From a virus: 37,795 bases of DNA. Made by a program: the position numbers and the translations under genes. The DNA is taken from IMG/VR virus record IMGVR_UViG_3300045988_085908. One strand, 5' to 3'. The notes under the pieces were generated by a model. That model did no database searches. It was not told the DNA's origin and saw nothing but the letters and a program-made list of their open reading frames with translations. Positions 15,101-23,209 of the stretch are shown here, in pieces (the stretch's first letter is position 1; every line of letters starts with the position of its first letter).

Positions 15101-15937
15101 AGAAGCCGCATACTGCGCCTGCTGGTCTTTCGTGAGATTTTTGAAGCCTTTGCGCATATCGAGCATGACTTCGCCGAGGGACTTCATGTTGCCCTCACTA
15201 TCCGTCAGCGATATGCCGAGGTCTTCCATCGCGGCTTCCACTTCGTCGGTCGGCTTTGCAAGGCGCGTGAGCGTCTGCCGCAGAGCTGTGCCCGCCTGGC
15301 TGCTCTTGATGCCGCTGTTCGCCATCAGGCCGATCGCGACGGCAGCGTCTTCCACACTGTACCCGAGCGCACCGGCAACCGGCGCAACATATTTAAACGT
15401 TTCGCCCATCATACCGACGTTGGTATTCGATTTGCTTGAAGCCTGCGCCAGCACGTCCGCAAAGTGCCCGGCCTTGTCTGCGGAAAGCCCGAACGCCGTC
15501 ATGGCATCCGTCACGATGTCCGATACCGTGCCGAGGTTTTCACCCGATGCCGCCGCAAGGTTCATGACACCCGGCAAGCCGGAAAGCATTTTGTCGGTGT
15601 CCCAGCCCGCCATTGCCATGTATTTCAGCGCTTCGGCGGACTCCGTCGCGCTGAATTTTGTGGTCGCGCCCATTTCTTTCGCTTTCGCGGTGAGGGCTTC
15701 CAAATCTTTGCCCGTAGCGCCGGATATGGCGGCGACCTCGCTCATACCGGCTTCAAAGTCCGAACCGACCTTTACGGCGAACCCGCTCGCAGCGCTCAAC
15801 GCACCGGAGACTGCTGCAACTGATTTCAAAATCGTGCCTAAACCCTTAGGCGCTAAGCCCGAAAGTTTATTGATACCCTTTTCAAAGCCAGAGGTGTCAA
15901 GGTCGGTCAAAATTTTAATGGAACCGTCAGATGCCAA
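12188..15937 (-). CDS. Tape measure protein, 1249 aa, TTG start
   Basis: Long Ala/Gly/Lys-rich helical protein with TM-like central segments. TTG at 15937 lies 7 nt after AGGAGG. It follows the two chaperone genes. Confidence 0.9.
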   Translation of the reverse strand: MASDGSIKILTDLDTSGFEKGINKLSGLAPKGLGTILKSVAAVSGALSAASGFAVKVGSDFEAGMSEVAAISGATGKDLEALTAKAKEMGATTKFSATESAEALKYMAMAGWDTDKMLSGLPGVMNLAAASGENLGTVSDIVTDAMTAFGLSADKAGHFADVLAQASSKSNTNVGMMGETFKYVAPVAGALGYSVEDAAVAIGLMANSGIKSSQAGTALRQTLTRLAKPTDEVEAAMEDLGISLTDSEGNMKSLGEVMLDMRKGFKNLTKDQQAQYAASIAGQEGMSGLLAIVNASDEDFNTLTEAIQNSDGAAQSMADTMQDNLKGAVTIAKSALEGLGITVYEEISTPMKNAVETATEYTGQLQRAFEAKGIEGAVSTLGTVLASAATKVAQAAPKMVDAGANMIVSFVQGISKNARKLSTAAVNVGKSLVSALLKFVPEAGKAGLKLITAFAKQLVGYKLGKEIDSLGGTIIKSFSDISRSVSNAIGKITPLIEKMASAAIKAAEGGIEVLANTIEFLCNHIDVVLPLVSAAATAFAALSIAKNAATWIQGATTAFQGLTAAMSLNPFTLAVAGAAALVAILVTVVAMQEDTVTSAERLAESQENLAESCQGVFDQYGAWSDAVKAADGSLDALTSTMGIAKDKQQELAAEMDAVQAQITAIMKTASDERRGYTEAEIQTLQDLFAQMRSLSEQELAIQQSYQDAVLTQASNLLDAENMTAESYTEYAARIAAQAETTRDAVINSASDKYTQAIAYAEQEREAVLNSEAGKNEEQKALAEQAYQDAINTAAKEYQAAVDAANAKCNDTSEIIAQGYAKNADLAHAWSEEQAMIAAEETANANAYKQELVNAYQSYVDEMKQKGADEYTARDNLQKELNDINERYTAKEASTNNRRAANLDEATQKQIATLLEMVAESGSAYDDLDSTTQQMVDGFMENIDRLSPETKDSLNDTLKGMGMTIDSNGKLLYTSGEKSGQEVIKGWKSKIPSMQSAADEAIKEIDSRMKSGKVSAPSMGNIGNAYNAAANARAQIQSYLNNNPVYATVRTSHAAGGYWARGGVTKYARGGMTPEIHKHAAGVFTKRTRLWDPVTGINEYGEAGHEALLPLKTSVYDEIAKGIVRQLSPAKLSGIVDMLRSAVRERNETVTVQVQERRDLRAAEKATLHEEDSGVEELREEVAVLGSRMEQVLTLLKELLGTSKSGANALLQALLGMRINLDGEAVGRLIAPEINERLNDLYELEERGRF

Positions 15938-15948
15938 ATCGTCACCTC

Positions 15949-16548
15949 CTAAAACGCCGAAGCAAACGCGGCGGCAAAATCGTCGTCGCACTGTGCGTCG
16001 GTGCGCAGATCCGGCAGCGCATACGCACGCTTGGCCCTGCGCAGTGCCGCACGGTCTTTGGCGCTCATGCCGTTTTCAAACTTCGCCGTGCGAATGTGCA
16101 TCACGCGCGCCATTTCGGTGTGTTCCCCGAGCGCTGCGAACATGGAGGAAAACTTCCACCAGTGCAGAAACGGCACGTCGTACAGATCAAGCGCGTACTG
16201 CTCCCGAAACGACGCGTAAATGCGCTGTTCATCGGCGGCAAAGGAATACGGGCGCGGCTCGTTTTTGCTCGCTACGTGATCTTCTTTCGGCGCTTTGCCG
16301 CAGCGGTAAAACCACAAGATTGCTTCAAAAAGTGCCTGTGCTTTGCCTTCCAGTACCAGCGTTTGCAGCATCGGCATAGTCTGCGAGGTAAAATACAGCT
16401 CCAGCATCTCCGCAACACGCTGTTCGTCGGTGCGCGTTGGGTCCTGCATCAGCTCCTCAAAAGCAGCAGAGGCACGGAAATCCGCGTTGATCGGGATCTC
16501 CGTGCCGTCCACCGTGATGCTTTCGGGCAATGTCTGCCACGAGGTCAT
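15949..16548 (-). CDS. Phage Gp15-family tail assembly protein
   Basis: 199 aa. The pattern INADFRA ... ILWFY ... IYASFREQYALDLYDVPFLHWWKF matches my memory of the Gp15 family. It sits upstream of the tape measure. Confidence 0.7.
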   Translation of the reverse strand: MTSWQTLPESITVDGTEIPINADFRASAAFEELMQDPTRTDEQRVAEMLELYFTSQTMPMLQTLVLEGKAQALFEAILWFYRCGKAPKEDHVASKNEPRPYSFAADEQRIYASFREQYALDLYDVPFLHWWKFSSMFAALGEHTEMARVMHIRTAKFENGMSAKDRAALRRAKRAYALPDLRTDAQCDDDFAAAFASAF

Positions 16549-16886
16549 TTGATATAGTTTTTGCCGTTCAGAGCGCGCATCTGCTCGCTGAGCTGTGCGT
16601 CCGCCTCATATCTCGCGGTCACGAGCGCATCCACCGCATTCATGCAGCGCATCATATCGCAGGTCGCGCCGAAGATCTTCTTCGCCGTGCCGTCGCCGAA
16701 AATCATATCCAGCACCGCAAAAACAGATTTGCACACGTAGCGGATCTGCTCGCTGCCGCTCTTTTCCTTCGGCACGTTCTGCATCTGCTCACCGAGCATG
16801 AGCATCGCTTTTTCAAAGCATTCCACAGCATCGGCGTCCGCGAAGTTGTATTCGAGCTCGGTATTTTCGATTTTGAACTTGTACAT
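16545..16886 (-). CDS. Tail assembly chaperone
   Basis: 113 aa, acidic, between the major tail and Gp15-like genes. AAGGAGG SD. Confidence 0.6.
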   Translation of the reverse strand: MYKFKIENTELEYNFADADAVECFEKAMLMLGEQMQNVPKEKSGSEQIRYVCKSVFAVLDMIFGDGTAKKIFGATCDMMRCMNAVDALVTARYEADAQLSEQMRALNGKNYIK

Positions 16887-16897
16887 GCTGCGCCTCC

Positions 16898-17398
16898 TTA
16901 TGCAAACGTAATGGTCTGCCAGTCGTCGTCCGTGGTAGCCGTGCCGGTGACTTTCTCACCCTTCGAGCGGAAATTGCCCGTGTAGGTATATGCGTCCATG
17001 CTGCCGCCTTCGGAATCCGGGATGACGGCATAATCGCGCTTCATGGCGGGTGCGGTCGTTGCCGTGGCACCCGTTGCGGAGAGGTCTACGAGGATCAGAG
17101 AGCGCACAGCGTTGCTGCCGATCAGCTCATCGTCTGTGATCTTCACAATGTCCGCATGCACCGGGTCGCCCGCGTACTGGTCGAAACCGTAAGATGTGGA
17201 CGGCGAATAGCCGGTGACGTCCGTCTGCTCAAAAAGCTCGTCTACATACTGACGGGTATACTCCTTCGCATTTTTGGATGTAGAAACGTCCGTAAAGCCC
17301 TTCATACGGTGGTAAGTAGTTGTATCGCCGGACGCTGCCGGAACGCCGTAAAAGAGCACCTTTTTGCTTCTGGGTACCAAAGTTCTGGTATCTGCCAT
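16898..17398 (-). CDS. Major tail protein
   Basis: 166 aa. It is the first gene after the connector set and lies upstream of the chaperones. No sheath gene is present, which fits siphovirus morphology. Confidence 0.75.
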   Translation of the reverse strand: MADTRTLVPRSKKVLFYGVPAASGDTTTYHRMKGFTDVSTSKNAKEYTRQYVDELFEQTDVTGYSPSTSYGFDQYAGDPVHADIVKITDDELIGSNAVRSLILVDLSATGATATTAPAMKRDYAVIPDSEGGSMDAYTYTGNFRSKGEKVTGTATTDDDWQTITFA

Positions 17399-17415
17399 AA
17401 TTCAAATCATTCCTT

Positions 17416-17847
17416 TCAAAATTCTCTTAAATAGAGCAAACGGCACTGTATCTGGTACCGCTGGACCTTCTGCTGTATGTCCGCGCTGATACAGTAACCG
17501 TTTGTCAAAACTTCTATTTTCTGTGCCGTACACCCGCGCGGCAGCTCGGGCAAAACGCCGCTTTCGCTCTGCATCTCCAGCCAGTCGGCAAGCTGCTCAT
17601 AAAAGCCGCTCACCTTGAGGTTTTCGATTTCATCCCGGCTGTAATACTCGCTTGATGCGATGACGAATTCTGTCTGCCGCAGGCTGCTGCCGTCCGTGTA
17701 CTGCCGCACAACGGGCTTTGCGGGGACTTCATCGACCGTATACGCGATCGGTTCGCCCTCGAGGTAATTCACGCGTATCAAGCCGTTATCAAAAAGAGGA
17801 CACCCGGAAAGATACTCCCGGATGCCCGCCAAAACCGATATGCTCAT
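17416..17847 (-). CDS. Tail terminator / tail completion protein (positional call)
   Basis: 143 aa. ATGA overlap with the upstream gene. It is the last connector-module gene before the major tail gene. Confidence 0.55.
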   Translation of the reverse strand: MSISVLAGIREYLSGCPLFDNGLIRVNYLEGEPIAYTVDEVPAKPVVRQYTDGSSLRQTEFVIASSEYYSRDEIENLKVSGFYEQLADWLEMQSESGVLPELPRGCTAQKIEVLTNGYCISADIQQKVQRYQIQCRLLYLREF

Positions 17848-18215
17848 TTTCCCGCCTTTCCGCCGCAGAACGAAGCGATGCTCTTATTGAGCTCGTCGCC
17901 CTTATCCGCCATCATGCGCTTGTCCCAGTAGGCGCCGCGCAGGCATTTGTAGTTGTGCGCATTCTGCTTTGTAAGCCCCTGCCTGCCGCTGCCGGCGTTG
18001 GTGTAATACTGCACCGCCGCGTATGGCTGCACGTACAATACGCCGTCCGTGAGCACCTGTGCGGTGTTTTTCAGCATGCCGGTGTCAAACGGCACATACG
18101 GGTCACAAAGGCGTTTCACTTCGCTTGCGACCTTCTTTCTGCCCGTGTCGTTCAAATGGCGTTTCGCTTCCATTTTCACAAGCGGGTCAAGCTTCAGTTC
18201 AATGCTGACTGCCAT
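17844..18215 (-). CDS. Head-tail joining / minor capsid-family protein (positional call)
   Basis: About 123 aa. DPYVPFDTGMLKN motif. Start moved to the ATG at 18215. Confidence 0.55.
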   Translation of the reverse strand: MAVSIELKLDPLVKMEAKRHLNDTGRKKVASEVKRLCDPYVPFDTGMLKNTAQVLTDGVLYVQPYAAVQYYTNAGSGRQGLTKQNAHNYKCLRGAYWDKRMMADKGDELNKSIASFCGGKAGK

Positions 18216-18227
18216 ATACACCGCCTT

Positions 18228-18569
18228 TCAAACCGCAAAGATATGCCAGTGCGGCGCCATCACGGTTCGGCGGTTATCCCGCACCGCTTTCACCGTCACC
18301 GCGTGGTATCGGTGCTTGAGCAGTGCAGCCGCCGGCGGGTCGCCGTCAAACGTGCCGCGCAGCAGCATGTCGTTTTCTTTCGGTGCAAAGCCCTGCGGCG
18401 CGTATTCCACAGGGATGCGGCACTCCGTGACCTGCGCGAACGTCATGCCCTTATCCGTCAGCTCCGAAGTGCTTTTGCTGTACCAGGAGCCGAAAAGCGG
18501 AATGGCTTTTTCAACGCGGTCGCGCTCATCGAGCACGAAATACGTGAGTTGTTCCTTACAAAGCTGCAT
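18228..18569 (-). CDS. Head closure protein (positional call)
   Basis: 113 aa, GGAGGG SD, second gene after the capsid gene. Confidence 0.55.
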   Translation of the reverse strand: MQLCKEQLTYFVLDERDRVEKAIPLFGSWYSKSTSELTDKGMTFAQVTECRIPVEYAPQGFAPKENDMLLRGTFDGDPPAAALLKHRYHAVTVKAVRDNRRTVMAPHWHIFAV

Positions 18570-18578
18570 GCTGCCCTC

Positions 18579-18953
18579 CTACCAAATACCGGCGTAGCGC
18601 AGCGGGTGCGTACGCGGCAGGTAAATTTCAGCCACGTCCATACGGTGCTGCGCAAAGTCTTTCGCGAGCTGTGCGGCGTCGCCGAGCGTTTCGCTGTACC
18701 CGTCCGTCGTGAACGACCTCACGCCCGCCCGCTGCATCTGCTCCCGGCGCGCGCTTTGTTCCGCGGCGTATACGTCCGCCACAGCACAAGCCGCAAGCTG
18801 CACGTCATCGGGGATTTCTTCCGCACCGCGCAGCCTGCCGAACGTCAGCGTGTCGATATATGCGCATGCCGCACGCATCGCCTGCGGGAAGCTCTCCGCT
18901 TCCATCGCACCGCCGTATGTGCTGCGGTAGAACTCAAAATCGACCGTCCACAT
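18579..18953 (-). CDS. Head-tail connector / adaptor (positional call)
   Basis: 124 aa. ATG at 18953 lies 1 nt after the capsid stop. Confidence 0.55.
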   Translation of the reverse strand: MWTVDFEFYRSTYGGAMEAESFPQAMRAACAYIDTLTFGRLRGAEEIPDDVQLAACAVADVYAAEQSARREQMQRAGVRSFTTDGYSETLGDAAQLAKDFAQHRMDVAEIYLPRTHPLRYAGIW

Positions 18954-18954
18954 G

Positions 18955-20061
18955 TCAACCCATCGCACGCACGGCGAGCTCCGGGTAGATCGTCTTATAC
19001 GCGTACAGCACGTCCATGGAAAGCATCTCGCGCTTATACTTCATGTCATAGCCCTTTGTAACGCGCAGGGAAATGCCGTTGTAGCTCGTGGTGTAGCAGT
19101 CCACACCGGCGGGCGTAACGAGCGGACGGGTGACAAACGCGAATGCCGGGGCAACGAATGCCAGATTTGCGGTGTGGTCGCCTGCGACCGTCACGTTCGT
19201 CGCGGTCGTAACGTTCTTCTTGAGTGCCGGATAGATCGGCACTGTGATCTCGTTCGAGGCTGCCGCAGCATCCGCCGTGACCACATACGTGTCGCCGAGG
19301 ATCGTCAGAATATCGCCCTTCTTGAGCGCGCCGGTCACGGCAGTCGCCGCGAGGGTGAGCTGTGTTGCACCCGTCTTTGTGGCTTCCTTCGGCTTGACGG
19401 CGGCGGAAAGCGTACCGGCAGTGTGATGCTTGACCGCCTGCGACATGTAGTTGTCGAGACCGAACAGTCTGCCGATGGAGCCCTCACGCAGCGCTGCTGT
19501 GCTGCCGGACTTTTCCGCATTGACAATCGCCGGGATCGTTGTGAACGCTGCATCCGCTTCCACGTCCCACACGGCACGTCTGCCGCTCGTCGGTACCTTG
19601 TTGGCATTGAGTACCTTGCGCACGGCGGTGATGTCTTCAAGCTTGCTCGGCGTGGTGCCCGGAGTGCCGCAGACATACGGAATGTCCTTGTAAAGCGCAA
19701 GGCCGTCGCTGTTGATTTTCTGCGCAAGTGCGACCGCTGCCGGCTCGATGAACTGGCGGTTGAGGTTATCGATATTCAGTGCACCCTCCAGTGCGGAGAT
19801 TTCCACGTCCACCGTCGCAATCTTGTCGAGCTTGACCGTTACGGTCTGGCTGTCGTCGATGTCCTGCATCTCAACGCCCTTCGTTACGTCGAACTCCTTT
19901 GCTTCCAGCTTTGCGGGCTTGCGAATCTGAATCTCGTCGCCGCGTTTCTGGAATGTGTCGGAATAGTCCTTGTATACAAGGTTCGGAAATACGAGGTTTT
20001 CGATCAGGCGCGGAAGTGCCTGGCGTGCGACCTCTTTGATGGTTAAAAACTGATTTGCCAT
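18955..20061 (-). CDS. Major capsid protein
   Basis: 368 aa, directly after the scaffold gene. The N-terminus MANQFLTIKEVARQALPRL resembles the P22-coat-like/HK97-fold capsid family of Firmicutes phages, recalled from memory. Confidence 0.85.
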   Translation of the reverse strand: MANQFLTIKEVARQALPRLIENLVFPNLVYKDYSDTFQKRGDEIQIRKPAKLEAKEFDVTKGVEMQDIDDSQTVTVKLDKIATVDVEISALEGALNIDNLNRQFIEPAAVALAQKINSDGLALYKDIPYVCGTPGTTPSKLEDITAVRKVLNANKVPTSGRRAVWDVEADAAFTTIPAIVNAEKSGSTAALREGSIGRLFGLDNYMSQAVKHHTAGTLSAAVKPKEATKTGATQLTLAATAVTGALKKGDILTILGDTYVVTADAAAASNEITVPIYPALKKNVTTATNVTVAGDHTANLAFVAPAFAFVTRPLVTPAGVDCYTTSYNGISLRVTKGYDMKYKREMLSMDVLYAYKTIYPELAVRAMG

Positions 20062-20073
20062 ATTGACCTCCTA

Positions 20074-20673
20074 TTATTTGTTTTCTTTGAGCACAGTGGC
20101 ATAATATTCCGCGTCGCTCATGGCATTGTAGTCGGGCGTTCCGCCGCCGGCGTGCTGTGCGCCGCTGTTCAGACGGATGCCGCCCTGTGTACCGTTGTCT
20201 GTGTTCGGACTGCCTGCATCGGAAGTCTCAAACATATAACCGCTTTCTTTCTTCAGGGTCTCCAGCGCCGCGGCGATGTCGCTGTCCTGATTCTGGCTTT
20301 TTCGGAGGGCTTCCACGTCCAGCATCGCCTTGATGCCCTTCGTGCTCCTGCCGTGCCGGGAGAGGATCGCGTTATCGAGACGCGCGTCAAATCTGAGCTG
20401 TGCAATCTGCTCCGCAGCTTCTTTCTCTGCTTTTTCGGCTTTCTGCTTCCATTCATCGGCGGACTTTTTGATCGCGTCAACGTCCATAGACTTAAAGCCT
20501 TCGATCGTCTTGTTCGCATCGGATAAAGCGTCCTTCGCGTTCTTCAGCTCTGTGTTTTTGGTGTTGAAATCCGCCTTAGAAACAAATGCTTTGCCGATCT
20601 CTGCGGAGACCTGCTTGTCGATGTCCTCGGTGTATTTGTCGCCGAGAATACCTTTCAGCCATTCAAGTGCCAT
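20074..20673 (-). CDS. Scaffolding protein (GP20-like)
   Basis: Start moved to the ATG at 20673 (MALEWLKGILGDKYTEDIDKQ...). Helical and charged, 199 aa, upstream of the capsid gene. Confidence 0.8.
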   Translation of the reverse strand: MALEWLKGILGDKYTEDIDKQVSAEIGKAFVSKADFNTKNTELKNAKDALSDANKTIEGFKSMDVDAIKKSADEWKQKAEKAEKEAAEQIAQLRFDARLDNAILSRHGRSTKGIKAMLDVEALRKSQNQDSDIAAALETLKKESGYMFETSDAGSPNTDNGTQGGIRLNSGAQHAGGGTPDYNAMSDAEYYATVLKENK

Positions 20674-20773
20674 AGTTTTTCCTTTCTTCTGCCGCGTCCT
20701 TTTTCTCGGGCCAGTCCCCGTTCTGCGGCCGCCCCGCTTCTTTTCCGCCGGGCAGGCGGTAATTTTGGGTATG

Positions 20774-20809
20774 AAAAAAGCACACCGCCGAAAAATATCG
20801 GCAGCGTGC
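20774..20809 (-). terminator. Rho-independent terminator inside the head gene block
   Basis: The minus-strand RNA stem GCACGCUGCCG/CGGCGGUGUGC has 11 bp including 2 G-U pairs, an 8-nt loop and then UUUUUU. Confidence 0.65.
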
Positions 20810-20911
20810 TGATTCAACAATGTTTAATTTATCCGATCATCAACAGGCGGCAGGTCTCGCGTCCTTTCGGCGTGATGAGCGTTTGTCGCTGCTTCGTTTT
20901 CCCAATCTCGT

Positions 20912-21142
20912 TCATACTGCCACACCTTCTTCCTGCTTCTTGACCTTCATGAAGACCGTGTTGTACTTCTCCGTCAAGTCCTTTATACGATTTTTCAACA
21001 TAAGGCACGGCAAAGTCCACGCCTCTCCGGGGATGATAGAGCTGCTTTCCGTGGTTGCGACCTCTAATGCGCAAAGCGTATCGGTCACCATCCGCAGTTC
21101 TTCAATGATGTCGTCCAGCTCTAAGAATTCATGTGCGATCAT
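20912..21142 (-). CDS. Orphan protein, 76 aa (moron-like)
   Basis: ATG at 21142 lies 8 nt after GGAGG. The segment is AT-rich and is bracketed by hairpins at 21212-21245 and 20774-20809. Confidence 0.6.
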   Translation of the reverse strand: MIAHEFLELDDIIEELRMVTDTLCALEVATTESSSIIPGEAWTLPCLMLKNRIKDLTEKYNTVFMKVKKQEEGVAV

Positions 21143-21211
21143 AAATAAAACCTCCATCAAGAAGTCCCTATCTGATGTTGATAGGTTTTCAAAAAATATT
21201 TTTGCAAAGCA

Positions 21212-21245
21212 AAAGCAGCCCGGCGCCTAAGCGCTAAGCTGCTTT
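21212..21245 (-). terminator. Possible terminator after ORF 21264-21437
   Basis: AAGCAGC/GCUGCUU stem followed by UGCUUUGC. The U-tract is weak. Confidence 0.35.
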
Positions 21246-21263
21246 ATCAACGGTGGTTAATTT

Positions 21264-21437
21264 TTAATACATTCTCTCCGGGTGTTCTGCTCTGATTTTT
21301 TCAATCTCTTTCCAGATTTCAAAAGACTCTTTTGCTTCCTCCGGTGCTTTGTCTGTCAGGTAAGGCTCATCATTTTCGTCGTAGTCGTACCATTCCGGGT
21401 TGCTTTTCCAGATGAACATTCTGGGTTCACAAATCAT
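21264..21437 (-). CDS. Small acidic protein, 57 aa, translationally coupled to the MuF gene (immunity/partner candidate)
   Basis: ATG at 21437 overlaps the MuF stop (ATGA). AAGGAGG SD lies 10 nt upstream. Confidence 0.65.
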   Translation of the reverse strand: MICEPRMFIWKSNPEWYDYDENDEPYLTDKAPEEAKESFEIWKEIEKIRAEHPERMY

Positions 21438-23209
21438 ATCGCCCCAACCTCCTTTAGGTATTCCTTGCAAAAGTCTCTCGGTTTACAGCTATTATACCAT
21501 TCGCCGAAACACTCTGCAATAGCTTCTTCATACTGCGGCTTTGTAATCGTGGTCGAATAGGAAGATAACTTTTGCGTCAATAATTCTTCAGCTTTCTTTT
21601 TAGTGTGATACCCGTACCCGAATTTCTGCTCCATGGCTTTCACAACGTCCATATTATTCACATGGTTAAAATCTGAATAACGATGTCCAAATTCATGATA
21701 AAATAGAGCCCGCCAGTCTGTGCCTTTCGGAAATTGGTTTGTATCAACGGCTTCCGCATACGCATTCGCCAGCCTATCCTTATCGCCGTAAATTGCACGG
21801 TTGAAAACAATTTCATTTCCTCGTGACTCGTACCAACCAAAAACTCGGTCATCTTTACTGAATCCATACCGAAGCGTTAAGCCTTTGCACGCTTCCGGGT
21901 ATTTTTTCGCCATTTTGGAATATGCTTTTGCCATTTCGGAGAGAATTCTTGGGTCTATCGTCGTGGTATCAAACCCTGACATACGGAAACCGCAGCTTTC
22001 AAGCTTCTCGAATAGCCGTTGATACTGCCGGTTTTGCTGCACCGCCTTCTGGCTTACGCTGCGCCCGAAGCCCATCACCTGCACGCGGGAGGTATCTACA
22101 CGGCGGTCGGTCTGCCGGGTGAAGTTCCGCAGCTTCGCTTCCTGCCGCTTGAGCTTCACGGAGCTCTGCGCGAAATCGCTTTGCAGGTTGGCTTTCTGCT
22201 TTCCCGTTGAAAACTTTGCCGCTTCGTCCAGTCCCGCAAGCTCGCGGCGTGTGGCGCGGATCTCGCGTTCCATGCGCCGCTGCATCTGGCTGATCTCGTA
22301 TTCCGTGTACATGCCGCCGTTATACGGCACGTCTTTGGCGTTCAGCGCTTCGATGTCTTCTTTTGTGTAGGAGCGCTTCGAGATGCCCTCAAAAAACGGA
22401 TTCCAGCTATGACGGCAGTTCCACCCTTGAAAGCCCGCGCCCGTGCCGTAGCCGATGTCCGAAAGCGACAAATACCCGCGCCGCCCGGAACGGGAGACAA
22501 TCTGTCCCTGCCAAACGGCATGCGAAGGTCTTGCGCCTGCGTGCGCAGTGATCTCCATGAGGTCACATTCAAATTCATCGGCAAGTGATTCGGTAATCTT
22601 CCCGCACGTCTGATTGACGCCGGTCACGACGGCACGCCGTACGGCAACGTCGAGCTTATCGACATGCCCGGAGGGATAAAGTACGGAAGTGCCTTCCCCC
22701 GCTGCATCGCGTATTGCCCGCCGCACAGCCTCTTGGTAACTCAAAAAGCCGCCCGCAACCTGCATTTCGGCGAGCGTACATGCAGAAATGAACCGCCGCT
22801 GCGTTTCAAGCGCCGTTGTCATCGTAAGGTTCAAAAGCTCGCCGCTTGTCTTCTTGAGCGCGGCCTGCAAGATGTTCCAGGCACGCTCGTTCTGACGTAT
22901 CGGCGGCACGTTTATGCCCGCCTGCAAATACTGCTCGATCTCCGCGTCCATGCTTTTCACACCGGCATCCTCAAACGCCTTGCGCACGGCTTCTTGTGTC
23001 ATACCGCTGTACCGCGCGACTTCGGCAATCACCTCGTCATAAAGACGCCCTGCGTGCTGTAACTGCTCCGCCTGCCAGCGTGCCGTGTCCGTGACTTCGC
23101 CCATTTTCATGAGCCTGCGGGCAATGTCCCGCGCTATGGCTTCGTCGAGCCGCTGATACAGCAGAATCACCGCATCAGCGCAGTGTTCGAGATAATCAGG
23201 CGTCAGCAT
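21434..23209 (-). CDS. Head morphogenesis protein (SPP1 gp7 / Mu F family) with C-terminal HExxH metallopeptidase-like module
   Basis: It follows the portal gene. The MuF-type core reads ...EITAHAGARPSHAVWQGQI...WNCRHS. HEFGH is encoded at 21683-21697, and EEAIAECFGEW lies downstream as a possible third ligand. Start taken as the ATG at 23209. Confidence 0.85.
   Translation of the reverse strand: MLTPDYLEHCADAVILLYQRLDEAIARDIARRLMKMGEVTDTARWQAEQLQHAGRLYDEVIAEVARYSGMTQEAVRKAFEDAGVKSMDAEIEQYLQAGINVPPIRQNERAWNILQAALKKTSGELLNLTMTTALETQRRFISACTLAEMQVAGGFLSYQEAVRRAIRDAAGEGTSVLYPSGHVDKLDVAVRRAVVTGVNQTCGKITESLADEFECDLMEITAHAGARPSHAVWQGQIVSRSGRRGYLSLSDIGYGTGAGFQGWNCRHSWNPFFEGISKRSYTKEDIEALNAKDVPYNGGMYTEYEISQMQRRMEREIRATRRELAGLDEAAKFSTGKQKANLQSDFAQSSVKLKRQEAKLRNFTRQTDRRVDTSRVQVMGFGRSVSQKAVQQNRQYQRLFEKLESCGFRMSGFDTTTIDPRILSEMAKAYSKMAKKYPEACKGLTLRYGFSKDDRVFGWYESRGNEIVFNRAIYGDKDRLANAYAEAVDTNQFPKGTDWRALFYHEFGHRYSDFNHVNNMDVVKAMEQKFGYGYHTKKKAEELLTQKLSSYSTTITKPQYEEAIAECFGEWYNSCKPRDFCKEYLKEVGAI

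Noticed and set aside
14307-16379. A 690-codon plus-strand ORF, the longest unexplained ORF in the track
   Set aside because: It lies antisense to the tape measure and Gp15-like genes. Its translation is low-complexity (Ala/Ser/Pro/Arg-rich), it has no SD, and it has no coding neighbours on that strand. This is a typical stop-poor antisense frame in GC-rich coding DNA.
15949-16886. Programmed -1 frameshift between the two tail chaperone genes
   Set aside because: The downstream ORF has its own ATG in an ATGA overlap. I found no slippery heptamer near the junction. These look like two separate genes.
17718-19061. A 447-codon plus-strand ORF across the connector genes. Similar long plus-strand ORFs occur at 18952-20046, 23571-24668 and 10438-11328.
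   Set aside because: The translations are Arg/His/Val-rich junk antisense to well-supported structural genes. There are no ribosome-binding sites.
20674-20820. The N-terminal extension of the scaffold ORF (248-codon version)
   Set aside because: The extension is Arg/Lys/Gly-rich junk and contains the terminator at 20774-20809. The ATG at 20673 gives a typical scaffold N-terminus.
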